Notes: generated by a model from the letters alone, not told the origin. Shown: positions 35,497 to 47,242, counted from the stretch's first letter. The stretch: 64,000 nucleotides of DNA from an uncultured Methanosarcinaceae archaeon (GCA_963727895.1 CAVSHT010000009.1:256001-320000); one strand, 5' to 3'. Numbers and translations are program-made.

Positions 35497-36978
35497 ATGA
35501 GTGTTCAGGAAAACCTCACAATCAATGAAAAAAAAGTTTTGCTTGCTCTTGAAACACTTGGGTCTGCAGCTCCAGAAAGCCTGGAAGAAAAATCAGGACT
35601 GCAGATAGATGCGGCAATGCAGGCAGCTTTTCTGCTCGAGGAAAAAGGATTGGTTTCAGTCTCTGAAAAGGTACTGGAACGCTATTCCCTTACAAAGGAA
35701 GGAGAAGAATACATAAAAAAAGGGCTTCCAGAACGTCAGATTATTGACTCCCTGAAAGTTCCTACCTCAGTTGAAGAACTGAGAAATCATTTTTCTCCGC
35801 AAATGGTAGGAATTGCAACCGGTTGGCTCGTAAAAAAAGGATGGGCAAAAGTTGAAAACGGTGTAATGGTACCTTCCGGAAATATGAGTACAGGAAAAGA
35901 CGAAGACACTCTTAAAGCTTTCACAGGCAGCAAAGCAAAAACTCTTGAAGAACTCAGATCTGACGAAAAAACAATAAAAGATCTGCTCAAGCGCAAAATT
36001 ATCACAAAACATGCAGAAAAGTTCAGAACTGTTTCCATAACCGATTCAGGAAATGCACTTGCATCTCAAGGGCTTGTTCTTGAAGAGGAAATTGCTCAGC
36101 TTACTCCCGATTTATTGAAAAGCGGAGAGTGGAAAGGGAAAAAGTTCAGGCCTTACCGCCTCGATATTACTCCAAAACCTCTTTATGGAGTTAAAATACA
36201 TCCTTACAGACGCCTTATAGAACAGATGCGTCAGATCTTTCTTGAGATGGGCTTTACTGAGATTAAAGGAGGAATTATCCAGAGTTCGTTCTGGAATTTC
36301 GATGCTCTTTTCCAGCCTCAGGATCATCCGGCAAGGGATATGCAGGATACTTTTCACCTGGATAGCACCTGTCAGCTTCCTGAAGAATACTACGAAAAGG
36401 TAGCTTCAATGCATGAGTGCGGAGGAGATATTGATTCCTGTGGCTGGGGAGGAGTTTGGGACAAAGAACTTTCAAGACGTAATGTGCTTAGAACCCATAC
36501 AACCTCAATTACTGTCAAATACCTTGCCGATAACCCTGAACCTCCTGTAAAAGCTTTCTGCATTGATAGGGCTTACCGCAGAGAAACAATTGATCCTACT
36601 CATACCCCAGAATTCGAGCAGCTAGAAGGTGTTGTAATGGATAAGAACATGTCCTTTGCCGACCTGATTGGATTACTGGCAGAGTTCTACCACAGGATGG
36701 GGTTCGAAGAAGTCCGTTTCCGTCCTGGCTATTTCCCATACACTGAACCAAGCGTGGAACCCGAAGTTTATGTGGAAGGTCTTGGATGGGTTGAGCTTGG
36801 AGGTGCCGGTGTTTTTAGAAGAGAAGTTAGTGAACCTCTTGGGATTAAAGAACCTGTCCTTGCATGGGGGCTTGGAGTCAGCAGACTTGCCATGCTGAAA
36901 CTTGGGCTCAAAGACCTCAGACTCCTGTATCAGTCTGACATTGACTGGCTCAGGAAAAGCGAAGTTTGCAGAACCTAA
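35497..36978 (+). CDS. pheS: Phenylalanine--tRNA ligase alpha subunit
   Basis: [36 protein letters not shown]. Confidence 0.96.
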   Translation: MSVQENLTINEKKVLLALETLGSAAPESLEEKSGLQIDAAMQAAFLLEEKGLVSVSEKVLERYSLTKEGEEYIKKGLPERQIIDSLKVPTSVEELRNHFSPQMVGIATGWLVKKGWAKVENGVMVPSGNMSTGKDEDTLKAFTGSKAKTLEELRSDEKTIKDLLKRKIITKHAEKFRTVSITDSGNALASQGLVLEEEIAQLTPDLLKSGEWKGKKFRPYRLDITPKPLYGVKIHPYRRLIEQMRQIFLEMGFTEIKGGIIQSSFWNFDALFQPQDHPARDMQDTFHLDSTCQLPEEYYEKVASMHECGGDIDSCGWGGVWDKELSRRNVLRTHTTSITVKYLADNPEPPVKAFCIDRAYRRETIDPTHTPEFEQLEGVVMDKNMSFADLIGLLAEFYHRMGFEEVRFRPGYFPYTEPSVEPEVYVEGLGWVELGGAGVFRREVSEPLGIKEPVLAWGLGVSRLAMLKLGLKDLRLLYQSDIDWLRKSEVCRT

Positions 36979-37336
36979 AACCTGAATTTGAACTCGTAAC
37001 CTGAAACTCTCAGGTTAAAACTTTTATTTTTAATCTTAAACTAAAAAACATCTCCATACAGGATGCTTTTAGTAAATAATCTGAACACCTAGAAATTGTT
37101 GTATGGGGAAGTTGCGGTCTGGCACTCAGAAAATACAATTGAAAGACTAATAGTAAAGACAAAATAACTGAGACAAGTGAATTGGCTCTGTTAGGAATTG
37201 ACTCTACCAGGACTTTTTTATTCTTTAAGAAATTTTTCGGTCAAGCCTTTTTATAAAAGGGTTGTCGTTAAATAACTGCAAATCCTATTTTCCAGTACAA
37301 AATATCCAATAATGGAGTAGAACAGAGGGGTGAGCT

Positions 37337-37653
37337 ATGAATAGAAACAGGTACTGGAAAGTCACTCAAAGCGATTGGTGCGAAATCGCTCAGGTATTTT
37401 TTGTGTTCATAGCAGTAATTATGATATTATCGTTTTTCCTGCTTCCGGAGACCTTACCTTGCTTGTAGCATGGCACGCAAAAAACTTTGCTTATCTCTGT
37501 CCTGGGTGCGGCAAAGTTTTCGAGGTTTCAACGCTGGAAGATTTCATCAGTCCAAACAGTGTGAATAAAAAGTACTTAAGGTGTCCAAGGTGTAGAAGAC
37601 GATCCTGGGTGGATATTCTAAGAATTAAAGATCTAACCATCCTTAAGAAATAA
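37337..37653 (+). pseudogene. Membrane protein with Zn ribbon, frameshifted
   Basis: GGGGTGAG RBS + MNRNRYW...hydrophobic segment; frame change ~37450 to CPGCG...CPRCRR. Confidence 0.55.
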
Positions 37654-37742
37654 TTGTTATGAGGACTACACCTGTTTATAGAAAAAAGAAGGGAAGCCGA
37701 ATACCTGGGAAAAAAGGTTTCAGAAAATGAACCTTGAGGAAT

Positions 37743-38287
37743 ATGGAAAAGGAAAGAAAAAGCTCGGAAAACAACTCAGGTCTTTATAACGGAGAAAAAG
37801 TTTCCCTTCTTCCAATTCTTGCTGTTAATTTCATAGGCTCTCTGGGATTCAGCATCGTGCTCCCTTTCCTAGTGTTTCAGGTTAATCGGTTGGGAGGGAA
37901 CGCTTTCATATACGGACTGGCAAGTTCAATGTATCTGGCTTTCCAGCTTATCAGAGCCTCTATTCTTGGTAGATGGTCTGACACTTATAGCCGTAAAAAG
38001 ATTCTGTTTTTAAGTGAGCTAAGGACACTGTTTACATGGATAATCTTTCTTGTAGCTCTTTTTCTTCCGGTTGTGAGCCTTGTAAAAATAAATTCCAAGA
38101 TTATGGGGACTTTTACTGTTACTCTCCCGCTTGTAGTGCTTTTTTTGCCAGAGCTCTTGATGGACTTACCAGAGGAAATATCTCGATAGCTAATGCCTAT
38201 ATGGACGATATTACTACAGAACAGGATAAAAGCCAGAATTTCTTTCCTTATTGCAGGCATGATAATCTACACAGTTTTTTTGCTTAA
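37743..38287 (+). pseudogene. TetA-like MFS transporter fragment
   Basis: FIGSLGFSIVLP, LGRWSDTYSRKK, frameshift to ARALDGLTRGNISIANAYMDD; truncated. Confidence 0.8.
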
Positions 38288-38382
38288 TTTCCGGCTCAGG
38301 CATTTTGAAAAAAAAATGGAAGATGATTAGGATAGAAAAATATCGGAAAATAAAAATGGAGAGATTTAATATATAAATAAAT

Positions 38383-38955
38383 ATGAACAACGCATTCAAA
38401 TTACTAATGCTTGCTCTTATGATTGTGAGTGCTGTACTAATTGTAGAACTTGCTGATAATCCGGCGGGAAAAGATTGAGCAGTAGATCGAGAAAAGATTA
38501 TAGAAAATAATTCTCTTGACATATTCGTAAGTAAGTCCCACAACTATGAAGATCGACTCGTGTTTACTTATAGCCCTAAAAACTCAGATTCCAAAGTGGA
38601 CTGTTACGTAAGCTATGAGTTTAGGGAAGATGGAAATATCCTCAAAAGCATTGATAAAGAATTTTATAAGAATATTTCAACGGAACATCCAATTGTGCTT
38701 GAATTTCCAAGAAAAAAAGCCTCTCTATATGAACTGAAAGTAAATATAAAAGATAAAAGTGGAATCAATCTGTATAAAACTAATATAGAAATTAACCCTG
38801 CAACTATAGATAATAAAACCAGCAATTTAATAAAAAAGCTGAAATTAATTTATTTTTTCTTTTTCTTTTTCTTTTTCTTTACTATGAGCATTGAGATGAA
38901 ATCTATTGCTAAAGAAGCCAGTACAGCTAAAGCAATCATCTGTTGTATGCTATGA
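38383..38955 (+). pseudogene. Exported hypothetical protein with in-frame TGA
   Basis: ATG 38383 signal-like N-terminus, TGA 38476-38478, same frame continues into the 38560 ORF. Confidence 0.55.
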
Positions 38956-38969
38956 AATATTCCCAGCAT
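38850..38969 (-). CDS. Candidate 39-aa membrane peptide with Lys9 tail
   Basis: GAGGGAGTGA RBS; MLGIFHSIQQMIALAVLASLAIDFISMLIVKKKKKKKKK*. Confidence 0.5.
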   Translation of the reverse strand: MLGIFHSIQQMIALAVLASLAIDFISMLIVKKKKKKKKK

Positions 38970-39365
38970 AAAATCACTCCCTCTTTAAATTTTTAGTGTT
39001 TATTGCTACTATTACAGTACTCAAGCTCATAAAAACTTCACCCAACAGGACTTTGCAAGATTCTATATCCATAAAGCATCTCTGATGCAAGAGACTCGCA
39101 AAAAAAGGCGAAGCTAAGCTATTTTGAGCCATATTAAAAGGGAATAAACAAAAAACTGCAATAACTAGCGCTATTTACCTACTCTGTGCCACTCGAATAC
39201 TACGACGCACAGCAAGGACCAAAACAAAGAACATCATAACACTAATGATCCCGATAAAAATAGTATCCCTAAAGGCTATTTCCAGAGGAATATGACTGAT
39301 AGATCCAAAATCTTCAATTGGCAATGAAGACATAATTTAATCTATGCATCTAGATATAATAAATT

Positions 39366-40105
39366 GGCTTTGATACTTAAACATAGTTATATACTATTAG
39401 AAAGTATATTTCTTCATGAACTGCCCCAGATGCAATAGTTCCAGTCACAAAAAGAACGGTATAGTTGGCGGGCGTCAACGGTACAAATGCTCTGATTGTG
39501 GCTATAACTATACAGTAGAGCTAAAATCAACTGCTTTTTCCGCTTTTGTAAAAAGACAGGCTTTACAACTCTATCTTGAAGGATTGGGCTTTCGTTCAAT
39601 AGGACGATTTTTAGGGGTGAGTCATGTTTCTGTCCAAAGATGGATAAAGAAATTTGGTCAGGAGTTAGAGGACCTAAAAAGTGAAAATGAGATATCTATT
39701 GTTGAAATGGATGAAATGCACACTTACATCGGTAACAAAAAAAATATTGCTGGATCTGGATTGCTGTTGATAGAGTTGGGAAAAAGTTCATCAACTGCTC
39801 TTTTGGTAGCAGAGGAACAGAAACTGGAAAACTACTCTGGGAAAAAGTGAAGAAAAAAGAGATTGGAGAAGTAATGACAGATCACTGGAGAGCATATGCA
39901 GAGTTTCTTCCAGAAAAGAGTCATACTCAATCAAAAGCAGAAACATTTACAGTTGAGGGATATAACAGCATATTGAGGCATTTTCTAGCAAGATTGAGAA
40001 GAAAGACAAAGTGTTATACAAAAAGTCTTGAAATGCTAAAGTACTCGGTTATTCTATTGATGAAATACAGAAATAAAGAGTTAACTATGTTTAATTAACA
40101 ATGCC
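39366..40105 (+). mobile_element. IS1-family element, intact (740 bp)
   Basis: ORFs identical to the 26642 copy; TSD AATAAATT. Confidence 0.95.
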
Positions 40106-40212
40106 AATAAATTTATCTAATTTCTGTTAAGAAAAGAATGAATTAAAGTAATCAGGCGTCAAATAAGAACTCAAAAAAGAATTGTGGAAGCTAATAATAA
40201 GAATAAAAATAA

Positions 40213-40953
40213 GGCTTTGGTAATTAACCATAGTTAGTTATTATGAGAACCTCTATTTCTTCATGAACTGCCCAAAATGTAATAGTTCCAGTCACAAAAA
40301 TAATGGTATAGTTGGCGGGCGTCAACGCTACAAATGCTCTGATTGTGGCTATAACTATACAGTAGAGCTAAAATCAACTGCTTTTACCGCTTCTGTAAAA
40401 AGACAGGCTTTACAACTCTATCTTGAAGGATTGGGCTTTCGTTCAATAGGAAGAGTTTTAGGGGTAAGTCATGTTTCTGTCCAAAAATGGATAAAGAAAT
40501 TTGGTCAGGAGTTAGAGGACCTAAAAAGTGAAAATGAGATATCTATTGTTGAAATAGATGAAATGCACACTTACATAGGTAACAAAAAAATATTGCTGGA
40601 TCTGGATTGCTGTTGATAGAGTTGGGAAAAAGTTCATCAACTGCTCTTTTGGTAGCAGAGGAACGGAAACTGGAAAACTATTCTGGGAAAAAGTGAAGAA
40701 AAAAGAGATCGGAGAAGTGATGACCGATTACTGGAGGGCATATGCAGAGTTTCTTCCTGAAACGATTCATACTCAATCAAAAGCAGAAACGTATACTGTT
40801 GAAGGAGATATAACAGCATATTGAGGCATTTTTTAGCAAGGTTGAGAAGAAAGACAAAGTGTTATACAAAAAGTCTTGAAATGCTAAAGTACTCGGTTAT
40901 TCTATTGATGAAATACAGAAATAAAGAACTAGATATAGTTAGGTAACAGTACC
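40213..40953 (+). mobile_element. IS1-family element, inactivated
   Basis: TSD AAAAATAA; slip run A7 instead of A8; 2-bp insertion ~40806. Confidence 0.93.
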
Positions 40954-40977
40954 AAAAATAAATTGATGAGAGTACCT

Positions 40978-41355
40978 TTATTTCTCTTCATCGCTGTCGT
41001 AAAATAAGATTTTAACTTTTTCTTCCGTAATCAATCCTTTACTAATTATCTCATCCAGTTTCGGTTTAATCCTGTTAATGTTTTCTTCAAGATCAACAAC
41101 TTCAATAACAATTGGCATATCAGTTGATAAGCGCAGTATAGAAGTTGTATGAATAAGGCTTTGTTTTCCAAAACCCGTAATACCCCTGAAAACGGTTGCT
41201 CCGGCTATACCTTCTGTCTTTAGCATTTCAACAATATGCATATATAATGGCTTACCTTTGTACCGATCAGATTCTCCTATAAATATTCTCAACAATACGG
41301 CTGTAGACTCTCTTTTCATTTTGTTTTCCTCAACAATTATCTGATCCGTTTTCAT
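40978..41355 (-). CDS. DUF190 (PII-like) protein
   Basis: LRIFIGESD, GIAGATVFRGITGFG, LSTDMPIVIE; follows crcB. Confidence 0.9.
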   Translation of the reverse strand: MKTDQIIVEENKMKRESTAVLLRIFIGESDRYKGKPLYMHIVEMLKTEGIAGATVFRGITGFGKQSLIHTTSILRLSTDMPIVIEVVDLEENINRIKPKLDEIISKGLITEEKVKILFYDSDEEK

Positions 41356-41356
41356 A

Positions 41357-41749
41357 TTATCTCCCCAATAAATAAGTTCCAATGCTCAACGCTACAATCT
41401 TGCCTAGATATACGGCCAGCAAGGAAAAAAATACTGTCGATACTAAGTTTATTGCCAACAGTGTTAATTTTGAGTCGTCAAGTAATCTGAAGGATTCATA
41501 GCCAAATGTTGATAATGTTGTAAAGGCTCCAATTATGCCAATTGTAAGAAATATTCTGGTATCTTCACTAAAAAAGCCCTGATATTCAGAAAGGTACATT
41601 ATTAAGCCTAAAAAGAAACTACCAAGAGTGTTTACAGTTAGCGTACCTACCGGAAAATCGACAAAGCCGTTTTGTATCCATCCACCTAATGTATATCTTA
41701 GAATAGCACCTATAAAGCCGCCTATACCTACCAATAAAATAGTATACAC
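41357..41749 (-). CDS. crcB: Fluoride channel Fluc/CrcB
   Basis: GGFIGAILRY, GTLTVNTLGSF, GAFTTLSTF. Confidence 0.95.
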   Translation of the reverse strand: MYTILLVGIGGFIGAILRYTLGGWIQNGFVDFPVGTLTVNTLGSFFLGLIMYLSEYQGFFSEDTRIFLTIGIIGAFTTLSTFGYESFRLLDDSKLTLLAINLVSTVFFSLLAVYLGKIVALSIGTYLLGR

Positions 41750-41767
41750 AACAAAGCCTCAATAATT

Positions 41768-41830
41768 GATGTAGAAGTCATCAGCTTAAGCGGTTTAGAC
41801 TGAAGAGTCCAGGCGGACTTCATCACCTAT
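41768..41830 (-). promoter_or_regulatory. Fluoride riboswitch (crcB motif)
   Basis: AGGUGAUGAAGUCCGCCU...UAAACCGCUUAAGCUGAUGACUUCUAC directly 5' of crcB. Confidence 0.9.
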
Positions 41831-42039
41831 AGGATATCTATTTCCTGCCATTAAATAAATAAATTACGCAAATATATAAGAAGAAATACAAAAAAGTCAA
41901 GATATCAGTAATCAAAAGTCAAGGTATCAGTAATCAAATATTATTAGTTTCAGAGTTTTATGAAAAATAGGAAAGACTAATAAGAATTTGTAGAAAGAAA
42001 ATTGTTAGTGAAAGTGTATGCAATGTTAATATTAAATTT

Positions 42040-42254
42040 GGTATTGGTAAACAAAAATAGATATATATGCTTATAACATATATTTCTTCATGAATTGTCC
42101 AAGATGTAAGAGTGCCAGTCACAAAAAGAATGGTATAGTTGGTGGGCGTCAACGGTACAAATGCTCTGATTGTGACTGGAACTATTGCATTTTGGGCAGT
42201 TCATGAAGAAATATATGTTATAAGCATATATATCTATTTTTGTTTACCAATACC
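42040..42254. mobile_element. Palindromic IS1 remnant: two left ends fused head-to-head (215 bp)
   Basis: GGTATTGGTAAACAAAAATAG... at both ends in inverted orientation; junction at TTGTG microhomology ~42171-42175. Confidence 0.88.
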
Positions 42255-42556
42255 AAATTATAAAATCCAATTCTTCTAGCAAGTTCATTCACATCCGTGT
42301 CATCAAAAGCTACAATTACTATATTTAGATGATCATCATAAAAAATTATGCATCCTGAATGCATTTCGTATCTATCGATTTTTATTCTTTGCAATTGTTT
42401 ATAATCTGGATTGTTGTTTATTTTGAGAAAATATTGATATAAGTCTATTGATTGAGTGCTCCAGTCACGAAATCTATTTTTTTCAAGGTGATCTCGTAGT
42501 TTTTCAAGCCATCTCGTATTGTGAAATTCCACGATTCTCATAATATCACTGTTCAA
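42255..42556 (-). pseudogene. Hypothetical protein truncated by IS1 remnant
   Basis: ORF runs into the IS end at 42254. Confidence 0.45.
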
Positions 42557-42646
42557 CTATTAAATTAGTGTATTAAACATATCGGGCTTTAAAAATCTGT
42601 TTTTTGCTAATAACCTTCTTAAACAAAATAAATCAGGTAATTTAAA

Positions 42647-42664
42647 TAGACCAGTCTATATATT
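42647..42664 (-). promoter_or_regulatory. LmrA/QdoR-type operator
   Basis: AATATATAGACTGGTCTA, containing the TAGAC-NN-GTCTA inverted repeat. Confidence 0.65.
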
Positions 42665-42691
42665 ACTATTCAAAAAATATAAAGATTTAAG

Positions 42692-43264
42692 TTATTTATT
42701 ATTCAATAATATCGGAATTTTTTCAGCAGCAGCTATCAGCATGGTATTATCATTCCGAATCAAAGATATCGTAATTGCACCTTCTATCATTAATTGAAGA
42801 ATTAGGCTAATTTCTGTTGCTTTTTCTGATGAAAACCCACTATTAATTAATTTCTGAGAATAGACATCTGTCCACAGATCATATGCTTCAACACAAGTTT
42901 TTCGTAAAGACTCACTAATAGTGACCGTTTCTAAGGCCAGCAAACTTATAGAAAAACAATTCTCTTGATCTTTATCATAGAATTTCCGTGCTAAATCCAG
43001 AATAAACTCCTTGATGGCTTGAACTGGGTCGTTATTTTTTGCTAATTCTTCTTCTATGTTGTGTTGAATTCGATCTCCCATCAATTTTATAGTAGCTGCT
43101 ACTAATTCTTCCTTCCCATTTGGAAAATGATAATACAAAGATCCTTTTGGTGTTGCACTTCCTTTAATAATTTCATTTAACCCCGTAGCATGATAACCAT
43201 TTTTTTGGAATAAAAAAGCAGCCGTATTAAGGATTTTTTCACGTGTATTCATTTTGGATCCCAT
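42692..43264 (-). CDS. TetR-family repressor, LmrA/YxaF-like
   Basis: TREKILNTAAFLFQKNGYHATGLNEII..PKGSLYYHFPNGKEEL, ALE, IEGA. Confidence 0.9.
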   Translation of the reverse strand: MGSKMNTREKILNTAAFLFQKNGYHATGLNEIIKGSATPKGSLYYHFPNGKEELVAATIKLMGDRIQHNIEEELAKNNDPVQAIKEFILDLARKFYDKDQENCFSISLLALETVTISESLRKTCVEAYDLWTDVYSQKLINSGFSSEKATEISLILQLMIEGAITISLIRNDNTMLIAAAEKIPILLNNK

Positions 43265-43401
43265 AAATTATTAGTAATGGGCACAAGTCATTGGAAAATG
43301 TAATATTAGGAATATACTGTATATTTCAAACAATAAGAGAATGTACTCTTTTTTCGAAATTAATCAATAACTCACGGACATAACCGAATTATGTTCTACT
43401 A

Positions 43402-43419
43402 ATTATAATGACTGGTCTA
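43402..43419 (+). promoter_or_regulatory. LmrA/QdoR-type operator upstream of tetR
   Basis: ATTATAATGACTGGTCTA. Confidence 0.6.
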
Positions 43420-44069
43420 CCTATTATTTATATTTTACTAATATAACGACTTTGCACTCAAAATGATATTATTATATTTAGGTTCATAATGTTATTTATG
43501 ACTTACTCAATGTTCTTATATTTGTGAAATAAATAAGCTCAACACAACCTGGTATTTCAAAAACAAATTTAATTTTTATATCTCTTTCAAGTCTTTTCTT
43601 CACCAGCCTAATATAACATATACTCAACTGAAGAATTTAGTTATTATATAATTTATTGAAATTCTTAATTTGTAAAAATAATTAACAATAATACTAAATT
43701 TATTAAATTATTCTTTTCCTAATTTAATGATCACTGTATATTTATCAAATAATCCATTAAATCAGCAACCTTCTCTCCAATTTGAATGCCTTTCACAAAA
43801 GAGTTATTTGTAATATTACACTATGTAAATATCGTAATGAATAATATGAATTCTCATAACGAATTTATACGAAGTTTTGAAATTTCATATAAATAGAAAA
43901 TCATTACTTATAAAGTATAGCCAAAAAATGATTATCTGCTATGATTTTTTTCAACATGACAAATTTAAAACTATAATGGATACTTGAAGAGTATAAATTT
44001 AATTTGGTTTTTCAACATACATATCATGAACTCATATGTAATTTTTAAAAAACAGACGGAAGTACCTTG

Positions 44070-44708
44070 ATGGCCACAAGAAAGGGAAGAAAACAAAATT
44101 ATGCTACTGAAATAGTTAAGGCTGTACTATATCTTTTTGTGAACTCAATGCGCTTGCTGTTTAGTTTTTCAATATATTTACTGAAATTAATGTGGCGACT
44201 CCTTAGTTTCTCACTACACTTACTGTATAGGTTTACAAAACAACTTGTTAAATCAATGTTGTTGCTGTTCATTTTTTCAATTACTTTGCTTTATAAAACA
44301 ACAAAAAGATTACTTAAAAAAAATTCCCCCACTCAACCACTATACACATTGGCTGAAATCGATGAAATGGACGGGTACAAATTTGAAGAATTTATGAAGC
44401 ATGTTTATGAACAACTAGGATACTCAGTTTATCATACCCCATATTCATGTGATCAAGGTGCAGATCTTATTTTAACATCAAAACGAAGAACAAAAATAGC
44501 TGTACAGGTTAAAAGATACTCAGGTAAAATCTCAAACAGTGCAGTACAGGAAGTTGTAGCTGCAAAAGGTTTTTACAAATGCACCAAGGGTATAGTAGTT
44601 ACAAATAGTTATTTTACCGACTCTGCTAAACAATTAGCTGAAGCGAACTTCATTGATTTAGTTGATCGAAATGAACTTGAAAAAATGATCAAAGTTATTT
44701 TACATTAA
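44070..44708 (+). CDS. Mrr-like restriction endonuclease with hydrophobic N-terminus
   Basis: MDGYKFEEF, DQGADLI, IAVQVKRY, AVQEV, VVTNSYFT. Confidence 0.88.
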   Translation: MATRKGRKQNYATEIVKAVLYLFVNSMRLLFSFSIYLLKLMWRLLSFSLHLLYRFTKQLVKSMLLLFIFSITLLYKTTKRLLKKNSPTQPLYTLAEIDEMDGYKFEEFMKHVYEQLGYSVYHTPYSCDQGADLILTSKRRTKIAVQVKRYSGKISNSAVQEVVAAKGFYKCTKGIVVTNSYFTDSAKQLAEANFIDLVDRNELEKMIKVILH

Positions 44709-45982
44709 GCTTTAAATGTGAATCCTTTGCTTTTGTGTAACTCGTTAATCTTGCTTATCTGACCATCTTCAAAGCTTAACCAGCCTCTAATTTAAATGAT
44801 CAATCTAAAAAAGTTTATTAGTTATATATTAAGTCTATCTGTTTTCTCAGATTTTCAAGTATTACTTGTTACAAAATTTTGAGTTTAGAAAAGCATAGAA
44901 GAAAAATAGACCAAAAACACTCAATAATAAAAGATTTCTACCATGAGCTTATTTTTATAATTTCCATAATAACTGGTATTATGACTTGCGTTTTTTAGGT
45001 GTAAGATTGATAATGATCATTTCAAATGATATGATATTTAGATTAAGTTATCCATTTAAGTTATAAGTTGTTTTTATATTTAGATTACCTTTCTTTAGCA
45101 GGTACTTATATAATTATTCCATGCAAAAAGGTAAACTTACCCAAAACGAATAAAGTCCGAATATTTCACAAAAAGAAAAATTGAGCCTTGTAATTTATAA
45201 TCTATCAAGAGAGTTTTGTAGTATGCTATATATTTCACAATCTCGAATATGCAAAACTTGAACATATTCCGAGATGTTTACATCAATTATAACTATTACA
45301 ACATTTCATTATTGATTTTTAGAATATATCTACTTACTAAATAATATTTTCAGATAATACTAACATCAAATACTGATTAAGATATACGATTATATCTCCA
45401 AAGATTTTGTGGAGCTGGAAAAATGAACCCGCTACGGTTAAGAAAGAGAATAGATGCACTCAAAAAAGCAATAAATCCATTCACGATTTTATTTTGGATA
45501 TTTACATCTGTGATTCTAGCCTTCATGTTATTGGCATTGAAACGAAAGAAATCACCCTGATGAATATAATTTTCGGTTTTTATATTTTCCTTTTGTCCTG
45601 AAAATTATGTAGCAGATGCCAGAATTATCCTGTTATAAATAATTGATTTTGGTCTTTAGTGTTTTTTAACTGCTATAGTTCCTTAAAGTAAAATTATTAT
45701 AAAATATTTTTTATATAATTTTCTCCTCTTTTATTAATTATCTACATCTTACTTTTAATTTTCTCAAAATCTTATAATTATCTATATTTGACTCTTACTT
45801 TTGTGATCAATCTTCCTACTAAAAAGACAATAGTTAACGTGATTTTTTAATTCTATTAAAATTCTATAGATAAATGTAAATAATTAAACCAATTTTAATA
45901 GTAATATTCAGTCTCGTATAGTGACAAAAGTTACCGAATAACTAGCCTTATGTAACAGAACAATTATTTTTTGGTGTATTTC

Positions 45983-47108
45983 ATGTATGACTTAATCATT
46001 ATAGGTGGTGGTCCTTCCGGAGCTTCGGCAGGAAGAAAGGCAGGAAAACTTGGATTGAATACACTGTTACTTGAAAAAGAAAAATTTCCCCGATATAAGC
46101 CTTGTGGGGGAGGACTCTCAGAACATGCACTGTCTTATCTAGATTTTGAACTTCCTTCGGATATTATAGAGTGGGAAGTTACGGGAGTGAGGGGTGTTTT
46201 CAACGATCAAATCATTGAGGTGCACAAGGATCACAATATATCTTCGCTGGTTTCTCGATCCGTTTTTGATACTTTTTTGCTCAAAAAGACAAAAGAAACC
46301 GGAATTAAAGTACATACAGGAGAAAAGGTTCTGAGCTGTACAGAAAAATCTGAATTTGTGGAAGTAATTACAAAACAACAAACTTATCAGGCAAAATTTG
46401 TCATTGTTGCCGAAGGGGCACATGGGCTCATTAAAACCTGCGTTAGGCCTGCAGATACCAGAAAGGAATATTGGGTATCCGTAGTTGCTGAAATCCCTGC
46501 TGAAGAAAGAGAAATCGAAGAACGCCTAGGAAAAACTGTAGAACTACAGTTAGGAGTTGCAAGTGGTGGGATACGGTTGGATTTTTCCCCATAAAACCTA
46601 CTATTCTATTGGAATCGGCGGTGTTGCCAAAGATTTTTCTCATCCGAAAGCTACAATGGTTAAATTCCTGAAGAATAATAATTTTAATGGAGATTACGAA
46701 CTTTATGGGCATAAAATTCCCATAGGGGGTGTTAAAAGAAGAATTACTGGCTCCAGAGTTCTTCTCATTGGGGATGCCGCTGGGTTTGTAGATGCTTTTT
46801 CAGGTGAAGGATTAGCATATGCCATTAGATCGGGACAGCTTGCTGCCAACGTGATTGCCGAGGTTTCTCAACAGAAGGGAAAACTAAAAGATCTCCATAA
46901 ATATGAATCTATTTGTAGGAAAGAGTTCGGAACTCACCTTAAATATTCCCTCATTTTTTCCAGATTAATTCATAGTTTCCCAGAAAGATCTTTAAAAACA
47001 TTTATAAATAATAGAGAAATTTTGGACAAATATCTTGAGGTTGTAGATTACACGATTGATTACAAAGAGTATCTTCGCTGGGCCGTTCTTAATTTCAAAC
47101 TCAAGTAA
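45983..47108 (+). pseudogene. Geranylgeranyl reductase-family flavoprotein, +1 frameshift
   Basis: GGGPSG, KPCGGG; extra G at 46568-46570 breaks GGYGWIFP; GDAAG..GEG downstream. Confidence 0.85.
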
Positions 47109-47242
47109 CACAACTGTTACTATTTTTACAGTTGCATGGGTTATTTCCACTATATTTTTATCTTTCTAGCTTTTATCTATCTTAAGGCAGAATATTTCTA
47201 TCTGTATATAGTTGCATTTACTCTACAAGCAGGTGTCTTAAT

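Noticed and set aside
38560..38955. Poly-Phe C-terminus as a real protein feature
   Set aside because: It is the antisense of the (AAGAAA)n Lys tract, reached by run-on of a decayed gene
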